This document shows, piece by piece, positions 51,322-64,000 of a stretch of DNA of 64,000 bases. The notes beneath the pieces were generated by a model. It was not told where the DNA came from, did no database searches, and saw only the letters and a list, made by a program, of their open reading frames with translations. The stretch is from Octopus vulgaris (lineage: Eukaryota): NCBI GenBank assembly GCA_951406725.2, contig OX597814.1:127534001-127598000 (forward strand), read 5' to 3'. How positions within the stretch are numbered: position 1 is the first letter of the stretch; the number at the start of each line of letters is the position of its first letter. Made by a program: the position numbers and the translations under genes.

Positions 51322-51717
51322 ATTCTTTTAGTTATTTCAGTCATTTGACTGCGGCCATACTGGAGCACTGCCTTTAGTCGAACAAATCAACTCCAAGACT
51401 TATTCTTTGTAAGCCTAGTACTTATTATCTCGGTCTCATTTGCTGAACTGCTAAGTTACGGGGATGTAAACACACCAACATCAGTTGTCAAGCAATGGTG
51501 GTGGGGACAAATATAGACACACAAACACACTCACATATATATATATATATATATGTATGACAGGCTTCTTTCAGTCTCTGTCTACCAAATCCACTAACAA
51601 GGCCCTGGTCGGACCGAGGCTATTGTAGAAGACACTTGCTCAAGGTACCACACAGTGGGACTGAACCCGAAACCATGTGGTTGTTAAGCAAGCTACTTAC
51701 CACACAGCCACTCCTGT
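51322..51717 (-). mobile_element. SINE family A, full length
   Basis: Co-linear with the family. Confidence 0.85.
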
Positions 51718-51795
51718 ATACATACATCTAAAAACATACACACACATATGCCTGTGTGCATACACATATACACACATTGATACATGTCGATGCAT

Positions 51796-52263
51796 TATTA
51801 CAACATTGACCTCCTGGAATCTGTCCAGAGACGTGCAACCAAATGCATACCCTCCATCAGACACCTACCATATTCTGAGCGCCTTGTTTCCCTGGGCATG
51901 GATTCACTGAAGCTCCGGCGTCTGGCGACGGACTTGGTAAACACCCACAAGGTTATCAACCACCTCACCAACAACAACACTGAACACCTTTTTGATCTCC
52001 ATGTGTCTAACACACGTGGTCATGCCTACAAAGTCAGAAAACAGCACAGCTCCCATGACTTTCGGAAACATTTTTTCACGCTCAGAGTTGCTGAAGCATG
52101 GAATAAACTGCCTGCGTCAGTTGTTGACTGCCATGACACTGCATCCTTTAAGGCCCTCATGCTTTCCGAAACCGCCGAAATTACACCTGATTATATATAC
52201 ACTTTAGATGAGTTGTAGTGCACCTGAGCACTGTACACAATTATTATTATTATTATTATTATT
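51796..52263 (+). mobile_element. CR1-clade LINE 3' end
   Basis: DLLESVQRRATKCIP...YSERL..LGMDSLKLRRL..DL...SNTRGH..K...RKHFFTLRVAEAWNKLP, with an (ATT)n tail. Confidence 0.88.
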
Positions 52264-52918
52264 AACACTGACACGTTCTGACACACACATATAATATCAC
52301 ATATACAATATTCATTGATATATTCACACTACTCAAAACCTTTCTAACACACATTGTCACTCACATACTGTCACTCCTGCTCATAAACATTCACGCACAT
52401 ACATAACATATACACAGACATGTATACATTGTCTCACACGCACACACACCAAATATAATCTCCCACACTCACAATCACTTCAATTAGTAAACAAGTACAC
52501 GAGTACATGGAAAATACATGCACTAAAGGTGAACTCTAAAATCAATCATGCATCAGGCATAGCTTGGTGAGAAGCTTGCTTCCCAACCACATGGTTCCAG
52601 GTTCAGTCCCACTGTGTTGCACCTTGGGCAAGTGTCTTTTACTATAGCCTTGGGCCGACCAATGCCTTGTAAGTGGATTTGGTAGTTGGAAAATGAAAGA
52701 AGCCTGTTGTATATATATAATAGAGTGACCTTTATTTTTCAACTTTTTAAATGTTTAGCTCTCACCTCACCATCTTGTTCCAATTAAGAAAAAAAAAAAC
52801 AATCTATGTAAAATTTTAGCTCAGTCGAACAACTGCAAGGCGACCCTCATCAACTTTCGCCCAGAAAGTCATTTTTTTCAGATAAAAATTTTTTATCTCT
52901 TATATAATTTTCTCTTAA

Positions 52919-53139
52919 CTGTTTCGTTACCATATTTATTTTGAAATGCTCCGTGTTTCTTTCAATTACTTTAGATGTAACAAAGAATTTAGTAAAATAA
53001 CCTCATTATCATTAAGCTAGTGTTAGGAACATAAATTGTGATTAAGGTTTGGTGGAAGATTTTAATTCAGAACTTATGAAAACAAGATATTTGTACTACA
53101 GAGCCAGAGGCGGTTTCAGCCGGGTTGATATCAAAAGGG
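52919..53139 (+). mobile_element. piggyBac-type MITE, nested
   Basis: TTAA at 52915-52918 and 53140-53143. Homologous to 5360-5579. Confidence 0.85.
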
Positions 53140-53599
53140 TTAAATTAAAAACTTCTTCAGACTTATTCTTGGTAATAGAAGGATAAGTGACAATAAGCGG
53201 GAGACAGAGTGCAGGTATAGGGCAAACACCTATTTTTCACTGTCATCCAATCGGTGGCCAGCCATGAACGAGTGGGATTGTGTTGTGTTTGTCCGCTGAA
53301 AGAATTACAGCACCTAATGGTAGTGTTGAGAAATAAAATATTAAGAAATATACGTTGGTGATAAACAGTGAACTAATAAGACCTGTCCATGTTTGTAAAT
53401 ATAAGTTAATTTATTTGTAATAACTTGTAAGCTCTCATTCATTTTGTTATGGCCCATTATATTATAGATCTTCCCCTGTTGTGTTGGTAGCCCTGACAAA
53501 GTTGTAATACCATGTTTATAACCTCTCCATCTTTATAATGATATATGCTTTGTATACTTATTATCAATGCCTTAGAACAAAATTTAGAGAAGCGAAGTG

Positions 53600-54128
53600 A
53601 AATTTGATGACGGGCACGAGCACCATACGAGCATGATCATTGACAGTGCAGCTAACCGGCTTCTGTGCCAGTGGCACACAAAAGGCACCATTCAAGTGTG
53701 ATCGATACCAGCTTCGCCTTACTGGCACTTGTGCCCCGTGCTAGTAGGGTGCTAAGAGCACCATCTGAGCATGATCGTTGCCAGAGCGGCTAACTGGCTT
53801 CCGTGCCGGTGGCATGTAAGAGGCACCATTCGAGCGGGATCGTTACCAGCATCGCCTTACTGGCACCTGTGCCATTGGCATGTGTAAAAAGATTTGAGCA
53901 AGGTCATTGCCAGTATCGCCTGACTGGCCCCCGTGCGGATGGCACGTAAAAGCACCCACTACACTCTCAGAGTGGTTGGTGTTAGGAAGGGCATCCAGCT
54001 GTAGAAACTCTGCCAGATCAAGATTGGAGCCTGGTGCAGCCATCTGGTTTACCAGCCCTCAGTCAAACCATCCAACCCATGCTAGCATGGAAAGCGGACG
54101 TTAAACGATAATGATGATGATGATGATG
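53600..54128 (+). mobile_element. RTE 3' UTR copy nested in the hATm element
   Basis: Hairpin-unit array, core and (GAT)n tail. Confidence 0.8.
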
Positions 54129-54149
54129 AGACACACAAAAATACAGTAC

Positions 54150-55500
54150 AAATTTGACCTAAATGACTATCAAGAATTAGTGTTGCACTGGGATAGATAT
54201 CTGCTCCCAGCACTCGCAGGCATTGAAAAGGTTGATAGACTGGCAATAATAGTAACTTTTCAAGGCAAGAAGCAATTGTTGGGAGTCCCTGAAATTCCAA
54301 CAACTCAGGAGAACAGCAAGTCATGGCTGTTTACCAAGCAGTGGAGAAGTGGGGTATAACCGATAAAATTCAAGACCTTTGCTGTGATACAACAGCAAGC
54401 AACACAGATCGAGTGAATGGTGGCAGTACAAATCTAGAAAAGTTGTTCAATTGCGATCTGTTGTACTTCCTTTGCCGTCATCACATTTTTGAGTTATTAG
54501 GAGCTGTTTTAACAACTGATGGATGCAACTTCTGGTCCAGACATGGCATTTTCCAAAAGATTTAGAGAACACTGGACGAAACTCAACAAGAAATTTTACA
54601 TAACTAGTAGCAATGAAGTGCTTGATGATGTCCACTCTACCATTCTTGGATTTCTTGAATACCAGCTCTCTATGCAGAAACAACAGCGAAATGATTACTG
54701 AGAACTGTCAGCATTCTGAAGAATGGGGTATCATTTCGTACACCAGGACTGTAAGTCATGCTAGGTGGATGTCAAAAGTAATTTACACATTCAAGATATA
54801 TCTGTTTCAAGATCAATTTCAGTTACCTCCTGGGGAGAAGAACTCTTTAAGAAGAATATGTATTTTTCTTGCTCAAGTGTATGTTCGAGCCTGGTTTCTG
54901 TCATCAGAAGTAATTAAAGCACCTTATCATGATTTTCTATTCATGTATCAACTGATAAATTATCAGAATATTGATCCAGAAATTAGTAAGGCTGCTGCGA
55001 AAAAATTCTCCATTCATTTCTGGTACTTAGCTCTTGAAACTGTGGCTCTGTCCATGTTTGATGACAATGTTCCAACAGAGGTGAAAGCAAATATTTCTCA
55101 AGTTATATTAGAAGCAGACAAAGGTAAAGAAGAGGAAGAAGAAAAAAATCAACTGAAGAGGTACATTCTGCACTAAAATAACTTTTCTTCCTTTACAAAC
55201 ATCGAGTTCTCATCTTTTGTAGCACCTGGTACAAAAACTTTCTTCATGAGATTTTCTATCAGCACTGATTTCCTCGACGAAGACCCTTCAACATGGAAGA
55301 ATGATCCTAGTTACAAAAGTGGACTTGAAAATCTTGAGAAGACAGTTGTGAATGATGTTGCAGAAAGAGATGTCAAATTCATTCAGGATTATAACATTCT
55401 CACAAACGATGAAACTGAGAAACAGTTTGTTTTACAGATCATTACCAAAAACCATAAGACAGACTCAACTGCCATAAATTCCTCTCTTATGCAAAAATAA
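54150..55500 (+). pseudogene. hATm-type DDE transposase remnant
   Basis: LVLHWD, VDRLAI, LLGVP, CCDTTASNT, LCRHHIFEL (CxxH), HARWMSKVIY, VVNDVAER, with several frameshifts. Confidence 0.8.
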
Positions 55501-55950
55501 TGTTCAATATTCAGTGTTCATATTGTTTTGGGGTCAATAGAAATTATTGCTGTAAATAAAAATGCATTTCTCTTATAGAAGTTGTGTGCTTTATTAAGAA
55601 AGCCTAATATTTCTTAAGTTTTTCATCTTATTTCAGGAATTTTTCAAATTAGCTATTGGTAAATTTGATTCAGAATGTTTTTAAACATCTGTTTGGTTGC
55701 CTGGATATGTCCACATAAATTTCTCAAAGAAAAAAAAAACAGAAAATGGTGGAGAAAGGGAACAGTATACTGCTTTTGAAACAATATGTTGTGTATACTA
55801 TGTTCCAACTTCAAGGTATTTGAGGGTCGCCTAGCAGTTGTCTAATTAAGCTGAAATTTTGCACACCCTGTTATTTTGCTTAATGGAACAGGATTGAGAG
55901 GAGCAAATTGTAACTTTCAAAAAGTTACCTATATGCTGAGGGCCACTCTA

Positions 55951-55984
<34 letters not shown>

Positions 55985-56245
55985 TTATGTGTTTGTGTTT
56001 GCTCTCCCACCATCACTTGACGACCAATGCTGGTATTTATGTCCCTGTAACTTAGAGGTTCGACAAAAAGAAACCGATAGAATAAGTACTAGCCTTACAA
56101 AGAATAAGACCTGGGGTCAATTTCTTTGACTAAAATCCTTTACCGCAGTGCTCCAACATGGCCACAGTCAAATGACTGAAACAAGTAAAAGAATATATAT
56201 AGGTGTGTGTATCTATCTATCTACTTATACTCATATATATATATA

Positions 56246-56838
56246 CTAGCAGTATTGCCTGGCTTAACGGGGATTTCAGGAGAGTGTTTCAGGGAGTCGC
56301 TGGCGATGTATCGTGATGATCAAAAATCCGGCCTACTAAAATTTGGTTAAAGTGATTCAAACTGCAGACTCAACGCAAAATGGTCACATTTAATTCAAAG
56401 CGTTAAAAATGTTATGAAAACAATTGGTATGTGTTCACAAAGTCCAAACGGTTAATACTAAAAAACTTTCCAGGCTACATCCCGAAAATTCATTTCTTTG
56501 CCGAATTTCTACAATGTTTACGGCGATTTGTTTTTATATCTTGATTTTTTATTTTTCATGCAATTTACGCATGCTTGCACGTGTGGTGAGCACAGTTCAC
56601 ATCAAACAGCTGACTGAGTAAAGTTCACTATTCAATACATGGGATAAGGCCTTAACAAACACATTATCGATTTTTGCACTTGTGAGATGAATTTCGGAAC
56701 AGAAATAGTGCAGTTCAATTTTCATTTGCCTAAACTTTAAGTGACCTATTTTTGGTGGTTCCACGATTTGTTGGCAAGGAGGAGATGTGCCGGGAAGTTA
56801 AACACACAGACACACAAGTTGAGTTTTATATATATAGA
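56246..56838 (-). mobile_element. Non-autonomous Helitron
   Basis: Minus strand starts A|TCTATATATATAAAA and ends CTAG|T, with a degenerate GC-rich subterminal hairpin and no TSD. Confidence 0.7.
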
Positions 56839-58932
56839 TGTCATTATCATCATCATTTAATGTCCGTTTTCCATGCTAGCATGGGCTGGACGGTTCAACA
56901 GGGGTATGGGAAGCCAGGAGGCTGCACTAGGCTCCAGTCTGATCTGGCAGTGTTTCTACAGCTGGATGCCCTTCCTAACGCCAACTACTCCATGAATGTA
57001 GTGGGTGCTTTTTACGTGCCACTGGTACAGAAGCCACGATGGGCTTCTTTCAGTTTCCGTCAACCAAATCCACACACAAAGCTTTGGTTGGCCCGAGGCT
57101 ATAGTAGAAGATACTTGCCCAAGGTGCCACACAGTAGGACTGAACCAGGAACTATGTGGTTGGGCAGCAAGCTTCTTACCACACAGCTATGCTTGCACCT
57201 ATATAACATTAACATAACATTTTCATGAGTCCTGTCATATCTGTAAGCCCTGTAGCATGTAAAAAGCATCCACTACACTCTTGGAGTGGTTGGCATTAGG
57301 AAGGGCTTCCAGCAGTAGAAACCATGCCAAATCAGATTGGAACGTGGTGCAGCTCCCCAGCTTAACAGTTTTCAGTCAAACTGTCCAACCCATGCCAGCA
57401 TGGAAAGCAGATGCTAAATGTTGATGATGATACACATGTATTTGTGTGCTCATGTGAATGTGTGTGTGTGAGTGACAGTTGTAAATGAGCCTCATCACCA
57501 TCATACTAGTGGTGTCATTTGTTTCCAATCTTCCATGAAAACATGTCAGGCCATATGAGGAAATATCAAATGCTTGGAAATAGGTGAGGGTTGATGACAG
57601 GAAAGGCATTCAGCTGTAAAAAATCTGCTTCACTGAATTCCATCTGACCTGCAAGCAGCATGGAAAAAATGGATATTTAACAAGGCTTTATTCAATGATA
57701 ATGATGATGATGATTATGATATATTCTCTTTTACTCATTTCAGTAATCTAGGCAGTCCCAATTGTTGGAGACTATCTAGAAACGTTGTAGTGGAAAATAT
57801 TAACCCCAGCATATATTTTAAACACAAACAGTTTTTTTATTTTTTTTTATTTTTCAACGTTGGTTCAGTCCCACTGCGTGGCACCTTGGGCAAGTGTCTT
57901 CTACTATAGCCGATGAAAGCCTTGTGAGTGGATTTGGTAGATGGAAACTGAAAAGAAGCCCGTCGTATATATGTATACTTATGCTGGTGCCATGTAAAAT
58001 GCACCCAGTACACTCTGTAAAGTGGTTGGCATTAGCAAGGGCATCCAGTTGCAGAAACCAAGCTAAAATAGACTATAGAACCTGGTGCAGAGCTCCAGCT
58101 TGCCAGTTCCTGTCAACCCGTCCAACCCATGCCAGCATGGAAAAAACTGATGTTAAATGATGATGAAGATGATGATGATGATGATGAATGTTACCAATCC
58201 ACCAATTATCTGAATTTAAAATATGTATGATGATGATGATGGTGTGTGTGTGTGTTTTTATCCATCTGCCTGTTTATATCTCAACCTATATTAGATAAAT
58301 TTATGTCTTCTAAACCAAACTATATTATGCATTAAACTATCTCTGTGATTTCATCCAACCCATTTTTAGCTTGCATTTTCATTTTTTTCCCATTATTTGC
58401 CTGACATTCTATGTCAGAATAAATTATGATTCCTTCTTTTTGTCTGCACCATTAATAACAAATTAAGAAAGTAATTGGGAGTATAATTCCCCATAGATGA
58501 GATAGCACTACCATTTTCTTTATCATTGCTACCTCATAGCAACATTTGCAACATTTTTAAAATATGAAATAAAGCAAAAAAAAAAAAAAATGGTTCTCAT
58601 GAATTTGTCCAAAAGACTTCCATTTATATCAAAAGAATACAATTTCAGAATTTCCCAAGAGTATAGTTCCATTACCAAACTGCTGGTTCATTCAATTTTT
58701 TTTTTTGGCTTTTTACTACTTTTTGTTTTTGATAAATTGATTAGCAGAAAAAATAATTTAGGTTTCCTTCTAACATTTTTTTCATTAATTCATTAATATT
58801 TATTTGAATTTATAGACATAGCATAAATTTCAAGGTAAACAAAACTGAGTGACTAAATAAAAATTTGAGCTTAGAATATCTGTCTGGTAAATCTTATGGT
58901 ACTACTGGTTTTTGTCTTGCGGTGTGTTTCTC

Positions 58933-59200
58933 TTCTTCTTTATGCCTTTAATCCTCCAACGCGGAGTATAAGCCACTTATAGTTGAATTCTATGTCGCAT
59001 AATTTTTGGCTTCTGTACTTATACTCTTCCATGAATGTCCCCCTTCCTCTAGTTCCTTTTGTGTTGATCTCCACCATGAGTTCTCATTCTATATCCATCC
59101 GGTTTCCACTGTAAAGCACTTTTTGCTACATTTGGTGTGTCTTTTCTAATTGTGCTACCAATCCACGTCCACTTTTTCTTAAATATTTGCTCCCTGGATT
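58933..59200 (-). mobile_element. RTE/BovB-like LINE 3' end (different family)
   Basis: EQIFKKKWTWIGSTIRK...AKSALQWKPDG, with a short (GAA)n tail. Confidence 0.7.
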
Positions 59201-60671
59201 CTAAATGGTTAATTTTCAACCAACTGAGGAAGATATGGCCAGCTCTCTTGTCAGTCTATCTGTTATCACAGGACTGAATAAAATACAGTGGGATCTCCAT
59301 AATCTATTCCATATGAGCATAATCTATTCCAGAGCCCTGTTCATTAATCAAATTTTACAATGGAAGTACATATAACTTAGGGTAATCCATTCCAAACCAA
59401 ACCTAAACACCACATAAAGGCATAAAATGTTTAATTTGTTCATCTATTGGTAACAAATACATACATACATATGTGTGTGTGTGTGTGTGTGCCACATTAA
59501 AACCACTGGTGCTGGTGCCACAAAAAAAGCACACAGTACATTCTGTAAAGTAGTTGGCATTAGGAAGGGCATCCAGCCATAGAAACCAAACCAGGACAGA
59601 CAATGGAGCCTGGTGCAATCCTCCAACTGGCCAGTTTCAGTCAAACCATCCAACCTGTGCCAGCATGGAAAACAGACATAAAATGGTGATGATGATGTGT
59701 GTGTGTATCTGTGTGAATGTGCATTTTTTCCCCTTTGGCTTGCATCTAGTGATCCACAATTATGATTTGAGCAAAAAATATGACAAATTCTATTATTTTT
59801 ATTTATTAAAAAAAATAAATAAAGAGGGCAAGCTGGCAGAATCGTTAGCACACCAGGCGAAATGCTTAACGGTATTTCGTCTGTCTTTGCATTCTGAGTT
59901 CAAATTCCGTTGAAGTCAACTTTGCCTTTCATCCTCTCAGGGTCGATAAATTAAGTACCAGTTACGTACTGGGGTTGATCTAATCGACTGGCTCTCTTCC
60001 ACCAAATTTCAGGCCTTGTGCCTATAGTGGCAAGGATTATTTTCTATTTAAAATATGAAAATTTGAAAGCTCATAAAATTCATATGTGGATGTTAATTAA
60101 CTATTTGTACACACTTTCCTAGTCATTTTTATGCATGCATAGTCTACTCATGGTTTGCAGTTCAAATCTTAGCTCATTGATTAATTGAATACAATATTCG
60201 TAAAAAAAAAAAATTATTGACTCTACAATTTATTCACTTATAGCATGCTATTTATATATGCTCTCCCAACACATATATACATGAATTTGTTGTTCATGGT
60301 TGAATATGATAACAAAAAAGTATAAGTAAAATTCCTTACTGAGTGATATAGACTCATAGGGACAGTTTCCCAGTTTCCACGATGTATATATATATTCCCC
60401 ACCTGGATAGGACACTGGTCCATTGCAGGCTGAATATAGTTTTCCTCAATAAAACCAACCATTCAGTATTCAATTTGCTCATTTAGAGAACTGTTCATAT
60501 ATGGATACTCCACTGTATTTGATTTTACATGATTAGTCATATCATCATTAGGGGATCAGCTCAATCACATTTCAATTGAAGTCAGTCAGATTCTAACTGC
60601 TTGTCTAACTTCAACAACAAGTGAGAACTGAACTAATGAATCACGTTAAATTTCAGTGCTGCTGCTGTTTG

Positions 60672-61036
60672 TTTGTTTGTTTGTTGAGCAAAGTGGTCTT
60701 CATCCTAGAAGTCCGAAACGTGGTCCTTTACTATTCGTAAGAACCACAGAAGAGAAAGCAGGTCAACCCCCCCGACACCAAGAGCATCGACGGATGGATG
60801 AATGCGCATCCAGGCTCAGCGGTCGCGTAGGAAGTCGGGGACAAAAAACAGGAAGAAAGAGTGAGAGAAAGTTGGGGCGAAAGAGTACAACAGGGGTCGC
60901 CACCACCTCTTGCCGGAGCCTCGTGGAGCTTTAGGTATTTTCACTCAAAAACACACACAACGCCCGCTCTGGGAATTGAAACCACGATCCTCCGACCGCG
61001 AGTCCACTGCCCTAACCACTGGGCCATTGCGCCTCC
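60672..61036 (-). mobile_element. tRNA SINE family C head with a third tail type ending (CAAA)n
   Basis: Well preserved GGAGGCGCAATGGCCCAGTGGTTAGGGCAGTGGACTCGCGG head. TSD-like TGCT(G/A)CTGCTGTTTG on both sides. Confidence 0.8.
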
Positions 61037-61138
61037 ACTGCTACTGCTGTTTGCTACATTGTGATGTTCCTGTTTCTGTTTCCGTAAAGATAGACTTGAC
61101 TGTTATTCCACAGGTAAATGCCTAACTCTGTCCAGGAT

Positions 61139-61551
61139 CAGAATGGGACGTTTTGGGTGCAGTTGTTTGGACACTAATGATTTGGCATGGCTTACTGGAC
61201 ATTCAGCATGTTTTAGCAACTGTACATTTTCGCTCTAGAGGCAAACACACAATCACATGAATGCACACACATACAGATAGAAAGATTGAGGGAGAGAGAT
61301 AGAAGAGAGAGAGAGAGGAGTAGAGTGCGAGACATTACAATTTATTAATTGAACTCAATTGACATATTCACTTTCTCTCTCTCCTGCCTCATATACATGA
61401 AGAGAAATATTCTCACACACATAAACAGAGTGGTGTGGTGTGGTGGGGACAACAAGACTAATATTAAATTGTTTGAAATCAAATAAGTCAGCATCGAATC
61501 AGTGACGCCAAATAAGTGAAACCAAAGCTTGTGCCAAAACGGCTCGTACCC
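61139..61551. mobile_element. MULE-like MITE with 9-bp TSD
   Basis: (G/A)TCCAGGAT at 61130-61138 and 61552-61560. Imperfect TIRs GGGACGTTTTGG / CCAAAACGGCTCGTACCC. Confidence 0.5.
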
Positions 61552-62839
61552 ATCCAGGATATGTTGGTTACTAGTCTGCTATCTTCTTAAATAAGCCACT
61601 CATACTTTCTGCTACATATCTTACAGGAGTTAGTTTCCAAATGATAGTGTAATATACAGCGCATCAGTGGGATGTAAGTGTAGCAACATACAGTAATGTG
61701 TACAGTGTCCCCTGATTGGCTCCCTGTGCCGGCAGCACATAAAAAGCACTAGCTGAACGTGGCCGATGCCAGGAGCCCCTGACTAGTTCTTATGTTGGTG
61801 ACTCGTAAAAAGCACTATCCAAACATAATCGATGCTAGGATTTTTGTATAAAAATGCCTTCTGATATTCCATTGTGCAAAAGTTCACTCACAGGACTTCT
61901 CATTGAACATTTACACTAAAATGGGTAACCTTTTACTAACATATACTCCCCATAACACCAATGAGCTAAAGTGATATAATTCAATGACAAGATACAGGTG
62001 TTTCTGCTACAAATATCAAGTCAGTGTTCATAGCCACTAAGAACTTGTATTAGAACAATAAATGTTAACATTTGTCGATGTGCACAAAGCTTTATCAAGC
62101 AGAAATAAATTAGAGGTGAACAAAGCAGCGCTGAATGAAATATAGGTGTGTACAATCATATTTAACATGTTTGTGTACACTGAGAGATTTGGAAAAATGG
62201 TCCAATAATGTCATTCATATCCCAATGGTGTGTTTTTCACAAACATTATTCGCAAGGAGCATATTTTCTGTTAAGACAATTTCTATGTCAGTGTTAACAT
62301 GAAGATGTTAAATATGATTACATACTCCTATATTTCATTGAGCACTGCCTTGTACACTTCTAATTAATTAATTCCAGCACGACAATGCTTTGCTCACATC
62401 AGCAAAAGTACTATTTGTTGTTGTAATATAACAACAACAAAGTAATATGTTCTCATGGAAGACTGGAAACAACCAGCCTCACTTGCATGATGATGATGTT
62501 CATTTACAACCATGTTGTGATGACTAGACAACAGTGTACACACACACACACACACACTCACTCACAACAGGCTTCTTTCAGTTTCCATCAACCAAATTCA
62601 CTCACAAAGTTTTGGTTGCTCAAAAAACTTGTCCAAAGTGCTGTGCTGTGGGAATGAACCCAAGACCACATGATTGGGAAGCAAGTTTCTTAACCACACA
62701 AGCATACCTACAATTTATATATAAAAACAAAAAAAAAAAACACTGCTGGACAATCCAACTTCTATAACAATTCTTACATATACAGAATCCACATCAACAA
62801 CTCCTCTTTGAGGCATATATTCTTTATCCCATCTTTGCT

Positions 62840-63050
62840 GTCCCTATTATACACTATATTTCAAATTAATTATTAAATGAGGTGTCTGTTATTACATTCA
62901 ATCTACTTTTACAACTCTGTTTAAATCAGAGTCAGTTTCTCTGACCTAAAGTCTCTTTCCTTCATCATAAAAAAGTCATCTGCTCTTTCTACTGTTCTCC
63001 AAACTCCTGCATCTATTAACAGTTGTTCGGACATCTTTCATCCAATGGGA
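62840..63050 (+). mobile_element. Ancient LINE AP-endonuclease remnant
   Basis: K*GVCYYIQS (GGVxxY-like) and KKVICSFYCSPNS (YRSP-like). Confidence 0.35.
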
Positions 63051-64000
63051 ATAAGTAAGCATTACTTTTGACAAATAAATCTAAATGCTAAGGAGTTAAA
63101 CTAAACATTTTGGTGAATCTTTATTGAAGCATAAACTTATCAGTATTGCCAAACTTTAAAATTATTGATGTATATGTACACATGAGTAAGCGCATAAATG
63201 CAAAACAAAGTGGAAAAAATAGTACTCAAATACCAAAGGTAGAGTAATTTGCTTTTTTAATTATTGAAGCTGCAGAAACATCACAAAAAACTGTTACTCT
63301 TTCATCCTTCACTGGGGACAGCTATCTCAATTCACCTCAATCTAATTTCTTTCAGTAGCACCAAGGACAGAAATAATTCCACATCTCAAGGAATCACCCT
63401 CTCTACACATGAACAACACACAACTAAATACTTCACAATATATAATTACGCCCTCTCTCTCTCCCTCTCCTGCTGACCCTCAAACAGAAAATCCACAAAA
63501 CTGCAAACGCTGACCATCCTCTTCAAAGTCAGAAACCACTTCATTGTCAATCACTTGTTGGCTCCCTGCAAAGTTCAAGTGTGACCCAGATTAGAACACT
63601 GCTCATATATCAGGACAATGCAGATGCTGTTACACACACATATATAACCTACATCATTACCAAATAAACCATCCAGCTAATTGATGAAGATTCAGTCAGC
63701 AAGCATTGCAACCTCTGGCACAAAGAGATACTCTTTCTTCCCTCCACCTTCTCTACATCTGCTTTAATGTGTTCTGCCCTTCTGAAATAGCAACGTTTGT
63801 TCCATTTTCATAATCGGTTTGCAAGATTTTTGATGTAACCCCATTTGCTGAAACATAATTTTGTTGTATGTTGGAAGGACCATTATGCCAATAATAAACA
63901 CCTGTACTTATTCTACCTGGAGTAGAGAGAGCATGTCACTGATGGCAATGAAAGGACTTGACAAACCTAGCTAACTGGACTGACCAAATGATTAATCAAA

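Larger units (their letters stand above)
52721..55950 (+). mobile_element. hATm-like DNA transposon with nested MITE and RTE tail, inserted in a SINE A microsatellite
   Basis: Termini TAGAGTG...CACTCTA. ~130-bp imperfect TIRs (ACAACTGCAAGGCGACCCTCA / TGAGGGTCGCCTAGCAGTTGT). 8-bp flanks ATATATAA / ATATATAT. SINE head at 52553-52720 and tail at 55951-56195. Confidence 0.8.

Noticed and set aside
49935-52331. ~40-bp sequence TATCACATATACA.TATTCATTGATAT..TCACACTAC at both 49935 and 52295
   Set aside because: Short and low complexity; cannot distinguish a local duplication from an unrecognised repeat.
60960-61036. tRNA gene (also at 3435, 7015, 44892, 48881)
   Set aside because: A and B boxes are present but the acceptor stem is not closed, and each continues into a SINE body, several with TSDs.
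61900-62410. Tc1-like remnant (FQHDNA motif at ~62372)
   Set aside because: Single short motif, no TIRs or continuous frame; too decayed to call.

Overview
AT-rich eukaryotic DNA saturated with repeats and containing no intact protein-coding gene. The SINE, LINE and microsatellite content strongly suggests a cephalopod (octopus-like) intron or intergenic region; this is an inference from remembered repeat families, not a database result. Nearly all long ORFs in the track are microsatellite artefacts or decayed transposon ORFs. Retroelements: a 5'-truncated, nearly intact RTE LINE (14.3-16.7 kb) plus about 20 short copies of its structured 3' end, R4/Dong-type and CR1-type LINE ends, and at least four tRNA-derived SINE families. 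DNA elements: two mariner families (three copies), a hATm-type transposon with nested insertions, a Buster-type hAT remnant, piggyBac-type and MULE-type MITEs, and a non-autonomous Helitron. A few short candidate host exons (26.6-28.3 kb, 13.9 kb) are weakly supported. I found no convincing novel protein-based system. The most interesting signals are in element biology: a SINE/LINE pair sharing a covarying 3' hairpin, a SINE-internal microsatellite repeatedly hit by unrelated DNA transposons, and a tandem double-hairpin array in the RTE 3' UTR.
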